DNA of 64,000 nt from Botryllus schlosseri (taxonomy: Eukaryota): positions 2,728,001 to 2,792,000 of the forward strand of contig CM119386.1 in NCBI GenBank assembly GCA_051294905.1. Reading direction: 5' to 3'. Under the pieces are notes generated by a model. That model was given only the letters and a program-made list of their open reading frames with translations. It did no database searches and was not told the origin of the DNA. Within the stretch, counting starts at the first letter, position 1. The number at the start of each line of letters is the position of its first letter. Below are positions 13,767-26,476 of this stretch, piece by piece. Position numbers and translations under genes: made by a program.

Positions 13767-14984
13767 GAGTAATTTCGACAGCTTGCTTATATTTGTGTTA
13801 CCGTTATTAGATAGAAAATATCCCACTTAAAAAGTGGCAGATCTGAACGCAAAGCGAAGTAAACACATTGCTGGTTGAATACTGTAATAGAAAACAATAT
13901 TAAAACAGACTGATGCCAAAAGGACTTTATTCCTCATGTCCGAACAACGACCACACTAACTTGAAATTGCTTTCTCAGTTCTGTATTTTTTTGTATGGTC
14001 AGTTATTATCACATTTTACTAGTGGCTTTAATTTGCATATTATAGTCTTTTTTCTATTATAAACATCATGCTTCTATTTAAGTTATAAAGGCTGATAATA
14101 ATGGGCATGTTAGTAGCAGGTTGTCATTCCATATCCCAAAGTTGTAGGATTGTCTTTTACATTGCGGCGAGGAATATGCCTGGAATAATTGGCAACTTTA
14201 GAGACATGAAATGATAGGAAATTTCTTGAATAGGCTAATCAAACACATGATATTCAAACGGCAGGCATATTTTTCTCATGTATGTTCAAATGTTATTTGA
14301 AGTCTTTAGAGACAAAACATTCCAACGTCATAGATTCAAGTCAAAGAGATCGCAAGTGAACCTTAGTTTTAGTGAACAGCTACCTGAGTGATAAAAACAT
14401 GCTTTAACCTGGTGCAATGTTGCCAAAACAGAAAGTGAAAGCTATAATTTCTTGTGCTATATTTATTAGCCGGAGAGCAAAAGAGACCATGCCTTCGATT
14501 CTTTAGTAATTTTGTTTGTTGAAGTTATTTAAATAGACTATTTTGGGGCAAATTCATTCAACCTGAAACATTTCTTTGTGCGCTTCACGTGATTTAGTCT
14601 CACTAGAAAACTAAAGATTAATATAATAACGCATTAATTACGCTTGATTTACAGAATTGAGTAGAACTGTATTGACAATTATGAAAGGACAGTATTTTCT
14701 CGCTAAATACCGTAGGGATGTATCGGTGTAGAGTTGGGCAGTAGGCAAGTGAGAGACCATTTGGCACATGCATATCCACGCAAGGACACATCACGACTTG
14801 GAAACGTTTCACGAAATCTGCGAATCCGCGAAGTGTGCGCACATAAAGAGCGACGGTGATATCACTTAAAATCCAAAATGACAGACAAATGAACGTCGAC
14901 AAAGTATTGCTGCGTTCCTCCTTGACACAAACACTCTGTAGCGCCCGTCTTATTCTTCAGTCAACAGGTGTGTGCGCGGGAAAA

Positions 14985-15086
14985 AAACGACCTTTTTTAA
15001 TGACCGGGCTGATTTCTCCTAGGGGGGAATTTTGGCTCAAATTTCGTCCAAGGGGTCCACGAGATGAAAAAGGTTGGGAACCACTG
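14985..15086. mobile_element. hAT-type MITE right-end fragment
   Basis: Ends AAAAAGGTTGGGAACCACTG, the reverse complement of the CAGTGGTTC(C/T)CAACC TIR seen on complete elements in this window; left end not found, start approximate. Confidence 0.5.
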
Positions 15087-18000
15087 CCCTACACTGATGT
15101 CGTTATTGCACTCGTTGGGTTTGCAATTGCACAACTTACCAGCAGACACTGAGTTCAGATCAATTCATCTTTCAATGGGGTTCAACAGTTCAAACAGTCA
15201 AGGTTGCCCACTAACACAGAAAAGAAACGAGTTTTATTAGCAGCAGATGTATTTGCTGCTAATATCACTCGACTCTGTCAGCTTGTCAGCCATACTCATG
15301 TCTCACTAAATCCAAACAATTGGTACATAATGAACGAAATTTATATTTCCAGGCACATCAAACATTATCAAATTATCCCTTGCATTGTCTATTTTCGACC
15401 TCTGTTCATGGGATAATTATAGAGACATGAGCAACCCTGCTAGCTGTTTGAACAAAATTTGATTGGGTAGCATCCAAGTTCAGAGAATAAATTATTAGCG
15501 GTGCCGGCGAAACGCTGACTTGATGAAGAAGTCCGAGTAGTGACATTTGACTGGATATCAGCACCAGCCAGTTAAGAGATTTCTAGTTAAATGCCTTTGA
15601 AAGGCACATCCCTCATTCAGTAGCTAAGAGATTATCAGTTGGTTGCCTAGGCTACCTGTTATTTTGAAAAATGTGAAGTTATGAGACCTCAAGTTTCGCT
15701 CGTTTCGTTTTTTTTTCACTCCAGCAGACATTCAACAAAACATCAACAATATTATTTCATTGTATGTTCTCATGTCCATCAGCAACAGATGTTAACATGT
15801 TCAGTTAACTCAAGTCGAGCACTTGATCATAATGATCAACAAAATATGAATACTAATATTAGGAAACAGAAATGGGAAACAAATTCAATTACAGAATAAC
15901 TGAAAGCTAACACACCAGTAATGAAATATTCCCAACCCAAGGTCATATATGATTGGCATTCGCAAGTACAAGAGCATTGTTCGAGAGCTTATTGTCCTCA
16001 TCACAGCACAAATAGATTTATTTCCATGCTGTAGAGCAGCACTTTGAGAAGTCGACCATGACTATGAATAGGTGCCCTAGCTCATTTAATTGAAAAATTT
16101 CACATAAATAAACATAGCAAAATGGTTTTGGCATTATTTTCTCCACTATATCAAGTTATTAAAAGTGTTTTCTATCGAAATTTATTGATCAGTTGATAAT
16201 ATAATACAGACGTTCTAATGAGCTTGTTTTGATGACTCTGTCAAACATGTCTTTCCTATTACCAATCATACAGACTGACAAGACCGTCCGTACGGCATTA
16301 AAGGACCTTAGTAAACACTGTCTATCAAGGCTTGTTAAATTGGAACACGGCATTTCTCACCCTCGGTACAACATAAAATTTATGCTAACAGTCCTAATGG
16401 AAAATACGAACAGCAATCAATAAATCGAAATTTCTCATTAATTCCCAACAGGTATATATATAGGCTAATGACATTTGAAGCACATAAAATATAAATGAAC
16501 AGCCTACATATCCATATGGTTTACAAATAGTAGATTGCCTAGCTAGAGCTAATATACATTCCATCCATTAACAGCCAAAATATAAAACGGTGTATGTTAA
16601 AATCAAATATAATCAAGTCGGAGATAGATTACCAGTAATAGATATTTTCAGGGAAGACAGGAGTAATCAACTAATCATTGATGCTTTTCAAGAAGAATCA
16701 AAACTCCAGGCTACTCAAATGCAAGCAGTAGTAGGGTATTTCAAACAACTCTCACATTTCAAGGAGCATCTCTCTGACTAATTACAATAAACTGCACTAC
16801 CGGTATATCAATGCTTTACTATGTGTAAGTATAGTCAATAAACTCTATACGTGAACGACAATCTATGATGAAATCTGTTCTGCCCTACAGAATCCAGCAA
16901 AAGTAGGTTACCGGTATCCTAGTGAAACAAAAGCACCATAGTTTCCATCATCATATTTTTGAAAATATGGGAATGCAGAAATAGCATCTTGTGGTACGGT
17001 AATGTTAGAAAATGGGTGTTTGGATCAAGAAAAAATACCGCTACAAACCTTTTAAGCTATGAACCAGCCTTTCGCAACGTTTGTGAACAGCAGTTCAAGG
17101 GTATAAATAGTTTTGAGCTATAAATCATGTTCCTTACTACTACAAATCAAATGAATAGCGAATGGCACATCCCTAACTAGACAATTGAACGAAATCAGGC
17201 CAAAAATGTACACCAGTGCAACAACGGGATCAATTCAAAATCTCCTGGTCTCACATACCCAAATACATTCTGGGTAAAGCAATTTCAGTCCGTTCTGATT
17301 CCTAATCATTCATAATTTCAGCACAGCATTACGGTCACCCCGACGGTTCATGATACAGCATTCAATAACAAGCAACAAAATTATGCGTTGCACAACACAC
17401 AAGCATGGAATGAACAGTTATTTCCTGAACATTGTATCAGAACTTAAAATAACATGCGGTGTCACTGAATTTCCTGATAGCGAAACTGAGATAACGCTCC
17501 CCAACGCTACTGTACTGGTGGAAATTCTGTACACCAATCTAAATTAGTGAAACCACTGGCACCAGTTGGGTTCATTTGCAAGTCTTAGTATCGAAGATGA
17601 TTGCACTTATCACTCATGTGAAGATCATAGGACGATCAAAACAGCAATGGCAACAAAAAGGTATCACCACACACATCTTTGTTAGTCAGAGGAAATGACT
17701 ATGTCGCCTCTCACAAGTTATTTCATCAATTTACAAAGCTGCAACGGATTAGAACTAGTTTACTATGCTGCAATAGGAAGGGGAAGCATAGTTGAATTTA
17801 TAAACTCAATAATAATGAATAGTAATACATCTATATCAAATTTCGGTAGCAACTGCACATCAGCAGGCAGCAATAGTCAATCAACAACAACATTTATGGA
17901 GGCAGATGACTAGTATTGTGATCCATGTTAAGAGAGTAGGCTATTATGCATGTGGTAATCATCCGAATTTTTGGTACAATTAGACACTACATTCTGTAAA

Positions 18001-19534
18001 TTCCAATAAAAAAAGTAAGCAATAGCAATGGCATCACAAACCAGCTTGAATTATGACAGTTTGTGACATCAGATGACATTTTGAGACAGAGAGAGAGAGA
18101 GAGGTGGAAGTTTGTTATAGAGATACAATCATAGAGTAAGGCCTAATCATCCAGTCAGCTGACCCTGGCATTGCAGGCACTGATCAAAACTAACAAGGTT
18201 GATAATGTACAGATAAACAAATGATTACGTGGGTTCTCTACTGATAAACAGATCTGGATTGTGTAAATCAGCTGTCATTATCCTACATAAAATTCTTCAC
18301 AAAATCTCATACTTGCTGAACCTACAAATTCGTCTACTGCACTACCATGGCTGCATGCTGCTAACATACTAATAAACTAGCCGCAACTTTAAGATCCATG
18401 CAAAAAAATCCTAAATAGGATTGGCCAAGTTACACAGACTGTACTAACATACACTTAATTGAATTGAATCCGTTGGGAGCAGTGTACGTACAGATTATCA
18501 TAATTTCAATTACGACTGCCTATGACAATCCAATCTGGCAAATAAGAAACTAACAAAGCTCAGATGTTCAACATCACTCAATATTGCCATTGCCAATATA
18601 AGAATGTCATTCCACAGCATCGTTCGCAAATGGGACTAGGTAGTGCAAAGCACAAAATATTGACATATACTTCAGACAGAATTCCTTGTTCCAATTACCT
18701 GAAAGTTTGAGATCATTATGATCAATAAAATCTGGCTTCCAGGATTATTATACAATCCAATTTACTTTTTCAAGTCAATTCAATTCCAAGCATGAACGAA
18801 AACAGATTCATTACAAGTTCAAATCTAGTGCATGTGAGGGAGAGAGGGACAGCTCAATCAGTGACAAGGTGACTAATACCAGATCCCTAGCAACCAACTG
18901 CTATCATTGGGGATCTTGCTGAAAGCTTTAGAGCTATAGTTTGTAAATCAGATGCCCCTGAAGGTGCATACTGCGTATCATTCATAATCTTCACAAAGTC
19001 TGTCAATTACCATTGCGCTGGACAGCATTTGACAATGCACACAGTTTTGCAAGGTAATGTAGGCCTAATCTTTCAACACATGTAGACTGTATTGCAATTG
19101 CTAAGCCATTGCATATTGACAGACAAAACACAGCACACATGCTAAATAAACTTTGTTAGACATTCTTTCAAAGCAGATTGATAAGATACCTAACAATGCA
19201 TAAGGAGATTAATCTGGTTACTTCAGAATGGAAGCCTAAATGACTTGACAAAAATCTAATGAAACTTGCTTGTCATGGATATAACTTTAGGGAGGCAAAG
19301 TTCAAATAGAAGATGAATACGTTTGAGTCTACCAACTACTATCGATTCCAAGCATCCAAAACAATAGGCCTATCGAACAGCATCGAACAGCATTTTTCAT
19401 TTTCAATTTTCTTAGAAATAGGTCAGTAATACAAGGAAAAAAGAAATATATGATAGCAAAAATTGATTTTTCCAGGTCGGCTATATTTAATAAGTAGTTC
19501 CAGTGAGAGAGAGACAGAGAGAGAGAGAGAGAAT

Positions 19535-19745
19535 CTTTACTCGAATACATTACATATCAACATTACACTACAAAAATGTAACTCTCGTTTTGTGAATTCT
19601 CTCGTTGTTGTTGTTATACCATTCTTACGTCACACTACCTATATTTCATCGTTATATCTTGAATTGCAATCTCGCTATTTACTGACAGCCACTCCTGACG
19701 AGGGTCAGTTGAAAAGCTTAGAGTGAATAAATTGCGAATATGAAT
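19535..19745 (+). mobile_element. Penelope-like element 3' remnant (pLTR-like)
   Basis: Frameshifted LLESLHI-like peptide (resembles the GIY-YIG C-terminus of PLEs), then a hammerhead-like motif and AATAAA; boundaries approximate. Confidence 0.5.
19690..19725 (+). ncRNA. Putative minimal type-I hammerhead ribozyme
   Basis: CACTC-CTGACGA-GGGTCAGTT-GAAA-AGCT-TA-GAGTG: 5-bp stem I, intact core, palindromic helix III (AAGCTT), UUA cleavage triplet; helix II weak (G.U pairs only). Confidence 0.55.
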
Positions 19746-20046
19746 GTGTTGTTGGTACTAAAAACGTAACAGTGAAATGCGTCATGCAAGGTAGACGGGG
19801 GGCTTGATATGACAAAGTCTTCAGAGCCGAGCCACCCACCACCCAGGACAGGTGCATATTTTAACAGTTTATAACTAATAAGTAGAAATAAAATTACCTA
19901 ACGAACGCATAGAAAAATAAGACACAGTATCATGGACCAATTCAAAATACAATGCAAATACAATTTAGCGGTAGTTAGAGATAAGAGAATGAAAACATTG
20001 TTTTTTAAAAGCAAAAGAGTCTAAATTACGGAGATTAAGTGGCAGC

Positions 20047-20365
20047 TTATTTCAAACATTGACACCAATAAAACTGATTTTGTGCTAGACTGGTAGAGTG
20101 GTGTTGCACAGACAGAGACAAGTTAAAAGAAAATCTGGTATGATGTTGGTGGGTATCATCTGAAGGTATCTTGAACAGATTATCAAAATATAGTGGCAAT
20201 TCACCCTGATAGCTATGCATAAATTTCATTAACAGTACCTCAAATTTCAATATTCCAACGCTTCGAAATTTCAATATCTAGATTTCGGACAGAATTTGTA
20301 TGGCAAGAATTGCAATTTCTGCAGATGTTTTTTCGCAGCAGGTCCCCAAGCTAGGATCCCATAAA
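20047..20365 (-). mobile_element. Degenerate CR1/L2-type LINE ORF2 C-terminal fragment
   Basis: YGILAWGPAAKKHLQKLQFL..ILKFEVLLMKFMHSY..ELPLYFDNLF..HQHHTR across frameshifts. Confidence 0.7.
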
Positions 20366-22271
20366 TGAGATAGTTCAGTGAATTAAGCCATAGTAGACTG
20401 ATCAGAGTGGGGATAAGTCACTACCTTCGGAGTCGTAAGTCACTTCGAGTCAATGCAAATTTTGATTTTTAATTCTCAAATTTGAATAAATTTATGTATG
20501 AATATTATAATGCCAGTCTAGGCCATCATGACTGTAGTTAAAAGCATGCTGAAGATGATCTGCCTGCAATGTCACCTCTAATAGAATTTACAAGATTCAA
20601 AACGTAATTGGAATTCAGTAAAAAAGCATTAGTACGGTTTATAGGTGGCCTATACTATGTTTACTAGAATATTCCTTGAAAATTGACTTGAAAATTTGAC
20701 ATCAAGCCATGAGTTACTTCATATTTCTCATACATCGTTTCAGGGTCAAGTCTTCACTGATAACTGCATGTAATTACATAACCCACTACAGCAGTATAAA
20801 CGTATGTCTTTTGAATTAAACCCTATACAGTGTTCAAAATGATATCATATAATGGAAAAGAACACTAAATCACGACAATATCGAATAATAATAGTCTGCC
20901 GTACAACAAAGAGTGCCAGATTCAATATAGGATTGCTAAACTTGTGTTAAAAAAAGTTGCGATATTGTCTGCATATTCATAAATTCAAGTTCAAGTTGGA
21001 TCATCCTTGGCCATCATCCTTGACCATCAACTTGGATGGTATGCCCATGAACATATCAATTCAGGCAAAATTCCTCTAAAACAGAGGGACAATCATAGTG
21101 CATTATTGTATTAATAAGCGAGTAAAGAAGCATTTAACGATGGCTAAAATTCACATCAATTATTCACTTTAGTAAAAGTTAATACAGGTATCGAAAATAT
21201 GATATTGTAACAATCTACTAACTTTACGTCCAAGTTCCACCACTTTAACCTTAATCCAAATATCAATTTATTTACCAGCAATGCAAGCATGAAATACCAA
21301 TGATAGCCTATCATCACCTGAAAAGCTGTGTATAGGCCTTTATGGGCCTTTGACTATATGGCATTTGCGCCATATTGTTATTATCATATTCATAGACACT
21401 GCAAAAACCAAAAAGGTATCACATAGTCTCTCTCCTATAATGCTATTCCTATACTCGGCGCTCAATTTTGTTCGACCGGCCTATAAAAATTCATGGGAAA
21501 CGCTTCAAAGAATCAACAGTCCAATTAAAAATATCCATAAGTTGAAAAATCAAGTGCAACCCATGGACACCTTGCCGAAGGCAAAGCGAAGTATTGCAAA
21601 ATCGGTAGCTTAAGCTGTGGGTCCTGCACTCAGAATGTGGCCTGCAGTCTGTCCAATGGACAGTGTCCATCTATAAACAACATGCACTTCGGTACTTTCG
21701 AAAACCGAACACGTACCAGTCCTCATCCGAGTAAAAATATCCCGCCGAGCAACGCAGGATACTTCAAATACCACTGTGATTCTATTAGAATTTTTGGCCG
21801 AAATCGGTGATCGGGTGAATCATGGAAAGATACTCGGGTGTCATTACGTTTTGTGCTTTGGAAATTACATCGGCATATTCAGGAACCTCTTGCCAGACTA
21901 TTTCTTGGTGATGTATTCAACGACAAATGCACGTAAACGACGGTTTTCGGGTGTATTTCCGGGTATAATGACGAAAGAACAATTTTAAGAACACGAATGG
22001 ATACCTACTACGCAGCTGTTTGACTGAATTGTTTGCAGATAAATCGCCAGAAATGTGTCGATGATAACGCTCAGCAGACCATGTCTATCGACAATCCAGT
22101 GTGGCTGTGTCGTGCCTGGAGCAGTAGATAGCTGACTGGCGACGGGCTGGCTGTCTTGAGGTGGCGACTTCTTAACTCACAGTTTCACTCGGTACGGATG
22201 TATTGCAGCAGAGATACGTTAGGCGCTGAGGTGAATCTCAGATCTCAAGGGCCGTCACAGAGAAACGTGGG

Positions 22272-22566
22272 TTTATATACCCGATAATGCGTAACAATGA
22301 ATGCGATTGTAATGCGTTAGCCAATGAGAACGGGTTGGTTAAGTTCTAGTGACAGGAAAAAGGCAGTACTCTAGCTAGGACTATGTTTGGCGTAACAATG
22401 CTTACCAAGCTTGCGCAACACTAGCAGAGATAGTAGAGTTCTACAAGTTGTCATGATATACTAAAATCCTAATGCAAGCAAAGTATATTTCCTTCATAAC
22501 GGATGCCTGACGTTAGCTAGGGACATTGGGTTAAAAGGACCAGCGGTTCGCTACAGGGTATAAATA
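22272..22566. promoter_or_regulatory. Candidate divergent promoter pair inside the long-TIR element
   Basis: Minus strand: TATATAAA (22279-22272) with ATTGG about 42 nt upstream. Plus strand: TATAAATA (22559-22566) with ATTGG 30 nt upstream and TGACGTTA at 22508. Confidence 0.3.
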
Positions 22567-22681
22567 TATTTCGAAGAGTGCGAGAATGGTTTGACACCGG
22601 CGGAAGCTACAAAGAATCATCATTTTCCCGAATATATGATCACGACGAATAGTAGAACACTTTTATAAAAGATTTATGCTC

Positions 22682-23969
22682 CGGACTCTACATATATCTC
22701 ATTAGAATCGAATTGAAATCGGACATTTTCAAAATTTCGGTAATCCGGACACAATTATGGCCCCAGATCGACACTTGGGACGTCGACTTGAATAATAATT
22801 TTGGTATTGATGGAATCGGCTAGACTAGTAGAATCCATTTCAAAAAGAATTAGGCTTCGGACTCTACATATATCTCATTAGAATCGAATTGAAATCGGAC
22901 ATTTTCGAAATTTCGATAATCCGGACACAATTATGGCCCCAGATCGACCCTTGGGACGTCGACTTGAATAATAATTTTGGTATTGATGGAATCGGCGAGA
23001 CTAGTAGAATCTATTTCAAAAAGAATTAAGCTTCGGACTCTACATATATCTCATTAGAATCGAATTGAAATCGGACATTTTCGAAATTTCGATAATCCGG
23101 ACACAATTATGGCCCCAGATCGACCCTTGGGACGTCGACTTGAATAATAATTTTGGTATTGATGGAATCGGCGAGACTAGTAGAATCTATTTCAAAAATA
23201 ATTAAGCTTCGGACTCTACATATATCTCATTAGAATCGAATTGAAATCGGACATTTTCGAAATTTCGATAATCCGGACACAATTATGGCCCCAGATCGAC
23301 CCTTGGGACGTCGACTTGAATAAAAATTTTGGTATTGATGGAATCGGCGAGACTAGCAGAATCTATTTCAAAAAGAATTAAGCTTCGGACTCTACATATA
23401 TCTCATTAGAATCGAATTGAAATCGGACATTTTCGAAATTTCGATAATCCGGACACAATTATGGCCCCAGATCGACCCTTGGGACGTCGACTTGAATAAT
23501 AATTTTGGTATTGATGGAATCGGCGAGACTAGTAGAATCTATTTCAAAAAGAATTAAGCTTCGGACTCTACATATATCTCATTAGAATCGAATTGAAATC
23601 GGACATTTTCGAAATTTCGATAATCCGGACACAATTATGGCCCCAGATCGACCCTTGGGACGTCGACTTGAATAATAATTTTGGTATTGATGGAATCGGC
23701 GAGACTAGTAGAATCCATTTCAAAACGAATTAGGCTTCGGACTCTACACATATCTCATTAGAATCGAATTGAAATTGGACATATTCGAAATTTCGATAAT
23801 CCGGACACAATTATGGCCCCAGATCGACCCTTGGGACGTCGACTTGAATAATAATTTTGGTATTGATGGAATTGGCTGGACTAGTAGAATCCATTTCAAA
23901 AAGAATTAGGGTTCGGACTCTACATATATCTCATTAGAACCGAATTGAAATTGGACATTTTCGAAATTT
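22682..23969. repeat. Tandem array of a 176-bp monomer, 7 full copies plus about 55 bp
   Basis: CGGACTC recurs at 22682, 22858, 23034, 23210, 23386, 23562, 23738 and 23914 (exact period 176); copies nearly identical. Confidence 0.97.
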
Positions 23970-24090
23970 GGGCACCCGAATTACAAATAGGGCCCCGCCA
24001 GACCCGGGGCTTCTGTTCGTCCAGCACTCTGTTGACGAGCAACTGATATTGTACAGCTAATTTTTGCGCATAAGTAATCTGTAGTAATGT

Positions 24091-24225
24091 TAGGGTTACA
24101 ATACCTCCTTTAAAGAGGATTTGTCCTATTTTTTGACTATTTTGAAAGTGTCCCAGGAGGACGCCCAAATGTCTTTTTTTTAGATTTTGTCCTATTTATT
24201 GGCGAATTATGGTTAAATATAGGGT
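24091..24225 (+). mobile_element. Truncated copy of the TAGGGTTAC(C/A)ATA hAT-like MITE
   Basis: Homologous to the 5' half of 47624-47920 (AAGAGGATTTGTCCT..GGAGGACGCCC); end approximate. Confidence 0.7.
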
Positions 24226-24639
24226 GAAATTCGACTGAAGTACAGTACATCGGCACCGGAGTAACGTACCGGAGGACATTCCGGGAGCTGAGCTGGAAAG
24301 TCGACATTTTTGTCTATTTTAGTCAATCAACGAAGAATTCAACAAGTGTGAATTTCTGGAGCCAAGTCGGAAAATGACCTTTTTTAAAGTCAACCAACCA
24401 CAAAGTCGGGTTTTTTTCCGACTTCGCCGTTCTTTTTCTGGTCTCTGCTGGCGGCTTGGCTTTCTTGAGTTCGTCTCTCTCTTCATCTGGGCTTGTGAAG
24501 GCGCTGAGGAGCCCAGATAGACGCATAGAAACACGGCAGAGCCGAGACTACAAACAGCAATCATTGGTGTCGGGACTGTGATGCTTAGCACACTGCGCCA
24601 CTCGCCTTCCTGTATTGTGTTGTATTGTGATAGATATTT

Positions 24640-24726
24640 GTATTAATGAAATTTGGGGTTCCGTGAAGGTCTCCAAATCGGCGTGTTCCGTGGGTTCTGC
24701 GGCTTGATAAGGGTTAAGAACCACTG
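24640..24726. mobile_element. hAT-type MITE right-end fragment inside the long-TIR element
   Basis: Ends GGGTTAAGAACCACTG; a second hAT-like end TTTGAGAATCACTG terminates at 25034; start approximate. Confidence 0.5.
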
Positions 24727-25296
24727 AGCTGACAGCTTCACGCTTTCACCATTTACGCCTACTTTTAATTCAGACAATACATCTTATGATCGGTTCAAGG
24801 TCTGGTGTCAGAGAAAATCCATCAGCAGTGTGTGGATGGCACGACGACGTAACTATGACATTTAAAATCATCAGATTATTAGGAATATTGCCACTGTTGT
24901 TAAAACTTGAAGGTTTCAGCACAAGTTTAACTCATTCCTAATTCAAGAATGATAATTTCTCTCAAATGGCTTCGACCCCCTTCAGATGATTTGACGCCTG
25001 CAAAGGGGGTGCACCCCCAGTTTGAGAATCACTGTTATTGAAGAAGAACTATTGACAGCAATTCTTGGGGCAACGCGGGGGTAGTAGCTGAAGCAGAGAA
25101 TTGTGTTCATTTTTTTTTGTCCTTAGGGAGTCGGTCTCAGAGTCGAAATCACAATTTCACTCACATGAGAGACGGTAGCCGAAGCGAGTCGTCAGTCAGA
25201 GTTGCAATGTTGAGTGCAGTCAGGAGTGGAGGGCGCATCTAAATTGATGCGAGATCTCCAGCCCGCGCGGTAGTTACCGGTTATTGGAAAGGGATC

Positions 25297-25475
25297 CAGT
25301 GTTGGGATCAAGTCACCACCTTCGAATCACGAGTCATTTCGAGTCATTGCACATTTCGACTCGAGTCGGGTCAAGTCAATTTATTTTCAAAAGTGACTCG
25401 AGTCAAGTCAAGTCAATCGATTTTTGGAAGTGACTCGAGCCAAGTCGAGTCAAGTCACAGTTCAAGTCAAGTTGC
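25297..25475 (+). repeat. Interspersed repeat with (GAGTCAAGTC)-type subrepeats, probable DNA-element left end
   Basis: Starts CAGTGTTGGGATCAAGTCA with many GACTCGAGTC/AAGTCA units; related segment near 20402-20460. Confidence 0.55.
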
Positions 25476-26476
25476 CTTTTCGAAGTATGGGAATGATTAC
25501 GTCATTGCATCTTGCGAGCTGTCTGAAATACAGATTGAGTGGTCATTGATTCAGAACCGATGAACGAAAATAGAGTTAAATGTACATGCAAGAAGGCGCT
25601 GTATCGCTCACATATACGTAGAACGATTAAACCACGTAAGTAATTGCACAGCCTCAGTTTATACTTACCAGCTAAAATAGAAAATACAGAACAGAGAAAC
25701 GAATTGATAAGATATGCAATACATTATCCATTTACAAATTGATATGATACAATTCGAGCCTGCGCCAATGGTTTAGGACTATTTAAACTATATATTCGAA
25801 TTTAATCTCCTTAAACCGTTTGGTTAAGGTAAGAGCAGAGAACAGAAATGCTAATTATCATCGACACATTTCTGGCGATTTTTCTGCAAACAATTCAGTC
25901 AAACAGCTGCGTAGTAGGTATCCATTCGTGTTCTTAAAATTGTTCTTTCGTCATTATACCCGGAAATACACCTGAAAACCGTCGTTTACGTGCATTTGTC
26001 GTTGAATACATCACCAAGAAATAGTCTGGCAAGAGGTTCCTGAATATGCCGATGTAATTTCCAAAGCACAAAACGTAATGACACTCGAGTATCTTTCCAT
26101 GATTCACCCGATCACCGATTTCGGCCAAAAATTCTAATAGAATCACAGTGGTCTTCAAATGCAAAAGACCTAAGTCACTCAACTATGACTTTGCAAAGAC
26201 AAGTCATTGCAGGTGAAAACACTACTACCTAACGGTTTACGATAATACTGCAAAAGACGTGAAAAAATCACTCCAATCAATCAATGAATCAGTTTTATTA
26301 ATATTTTCATCATTTCAAAACATCACAAGACTGCGATGCAATGAAAAGATAGGAAGGTGTCGAAACAACTTGGAGTAGCCTAGGCGAAGTGAAGAAGCGG
26401 CATGCACATTGCACACTGAATGAAAAGTAATGCAGAGAATATAAGACGCAAGCGACAAAATGAGGTGACATGCAGG

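Larger units (their letters stand above)
21770..26152. mobile_element. Non-autonomous long-TIR DNA transposon, 4383 bp, 298-bp TIRs, 8-bp TSD CTTCAAAT
   Basis: 21770-22067 and 25855-26152 are inverted copies with 3 mismatches in 298 bp; CTTCAAAT at 21762-21769 and 26153-26160; no transposase ORF inside. Confidence 0.92.

Noticed and set aside
18088-18102. (GA)n microsatellites here and near 19505, 27311 and 45311
   Set aside because: Short, ordinary simple repeats.
15100-19500. Possible hidden gene in the long unique AT-rich stretch upstream of G-alpha
   Set aside because: I found no exon-like frame with recognisable protein similarity; non-coding G-alpha 5' exons cannot be excluded.
21740-21880. 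THAP-like frame ICRCNF..VSFHDSPD on the minus strand of the left TIR
   Set aside because: The frame crosses the element boundary into flanking DNA and lacks the CxxH end.
22682-23969. Regular repeat array as a CRISPR locus
   Set aside because: Monomers repeat end to end with no unique spacers; eukaryotic context, no cas genes.
24560-24606. A-box-like TGGCGCAGTG on the minus strand as a tRNA or SINE
   Set aside because: No B box at the appropriate distance.
25555-25635. Exon-like EPMNENRVKCTCKKALYRSHIRRTIKP as a SWIM zinc finger of a MULE/Zisupton transposase
   Set aside because: The third Cys of the CxC..CxH pattern is missing and no adjoining exons were found.
21776-26182. Duplicated 70-82 aa ORF (ILLEFLAEIGDRVNHGK..) on opposite strands as a gene pair
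   Set aside because: It is simply the TIR read in both copies; non-ATG starts and no recognisable domain.
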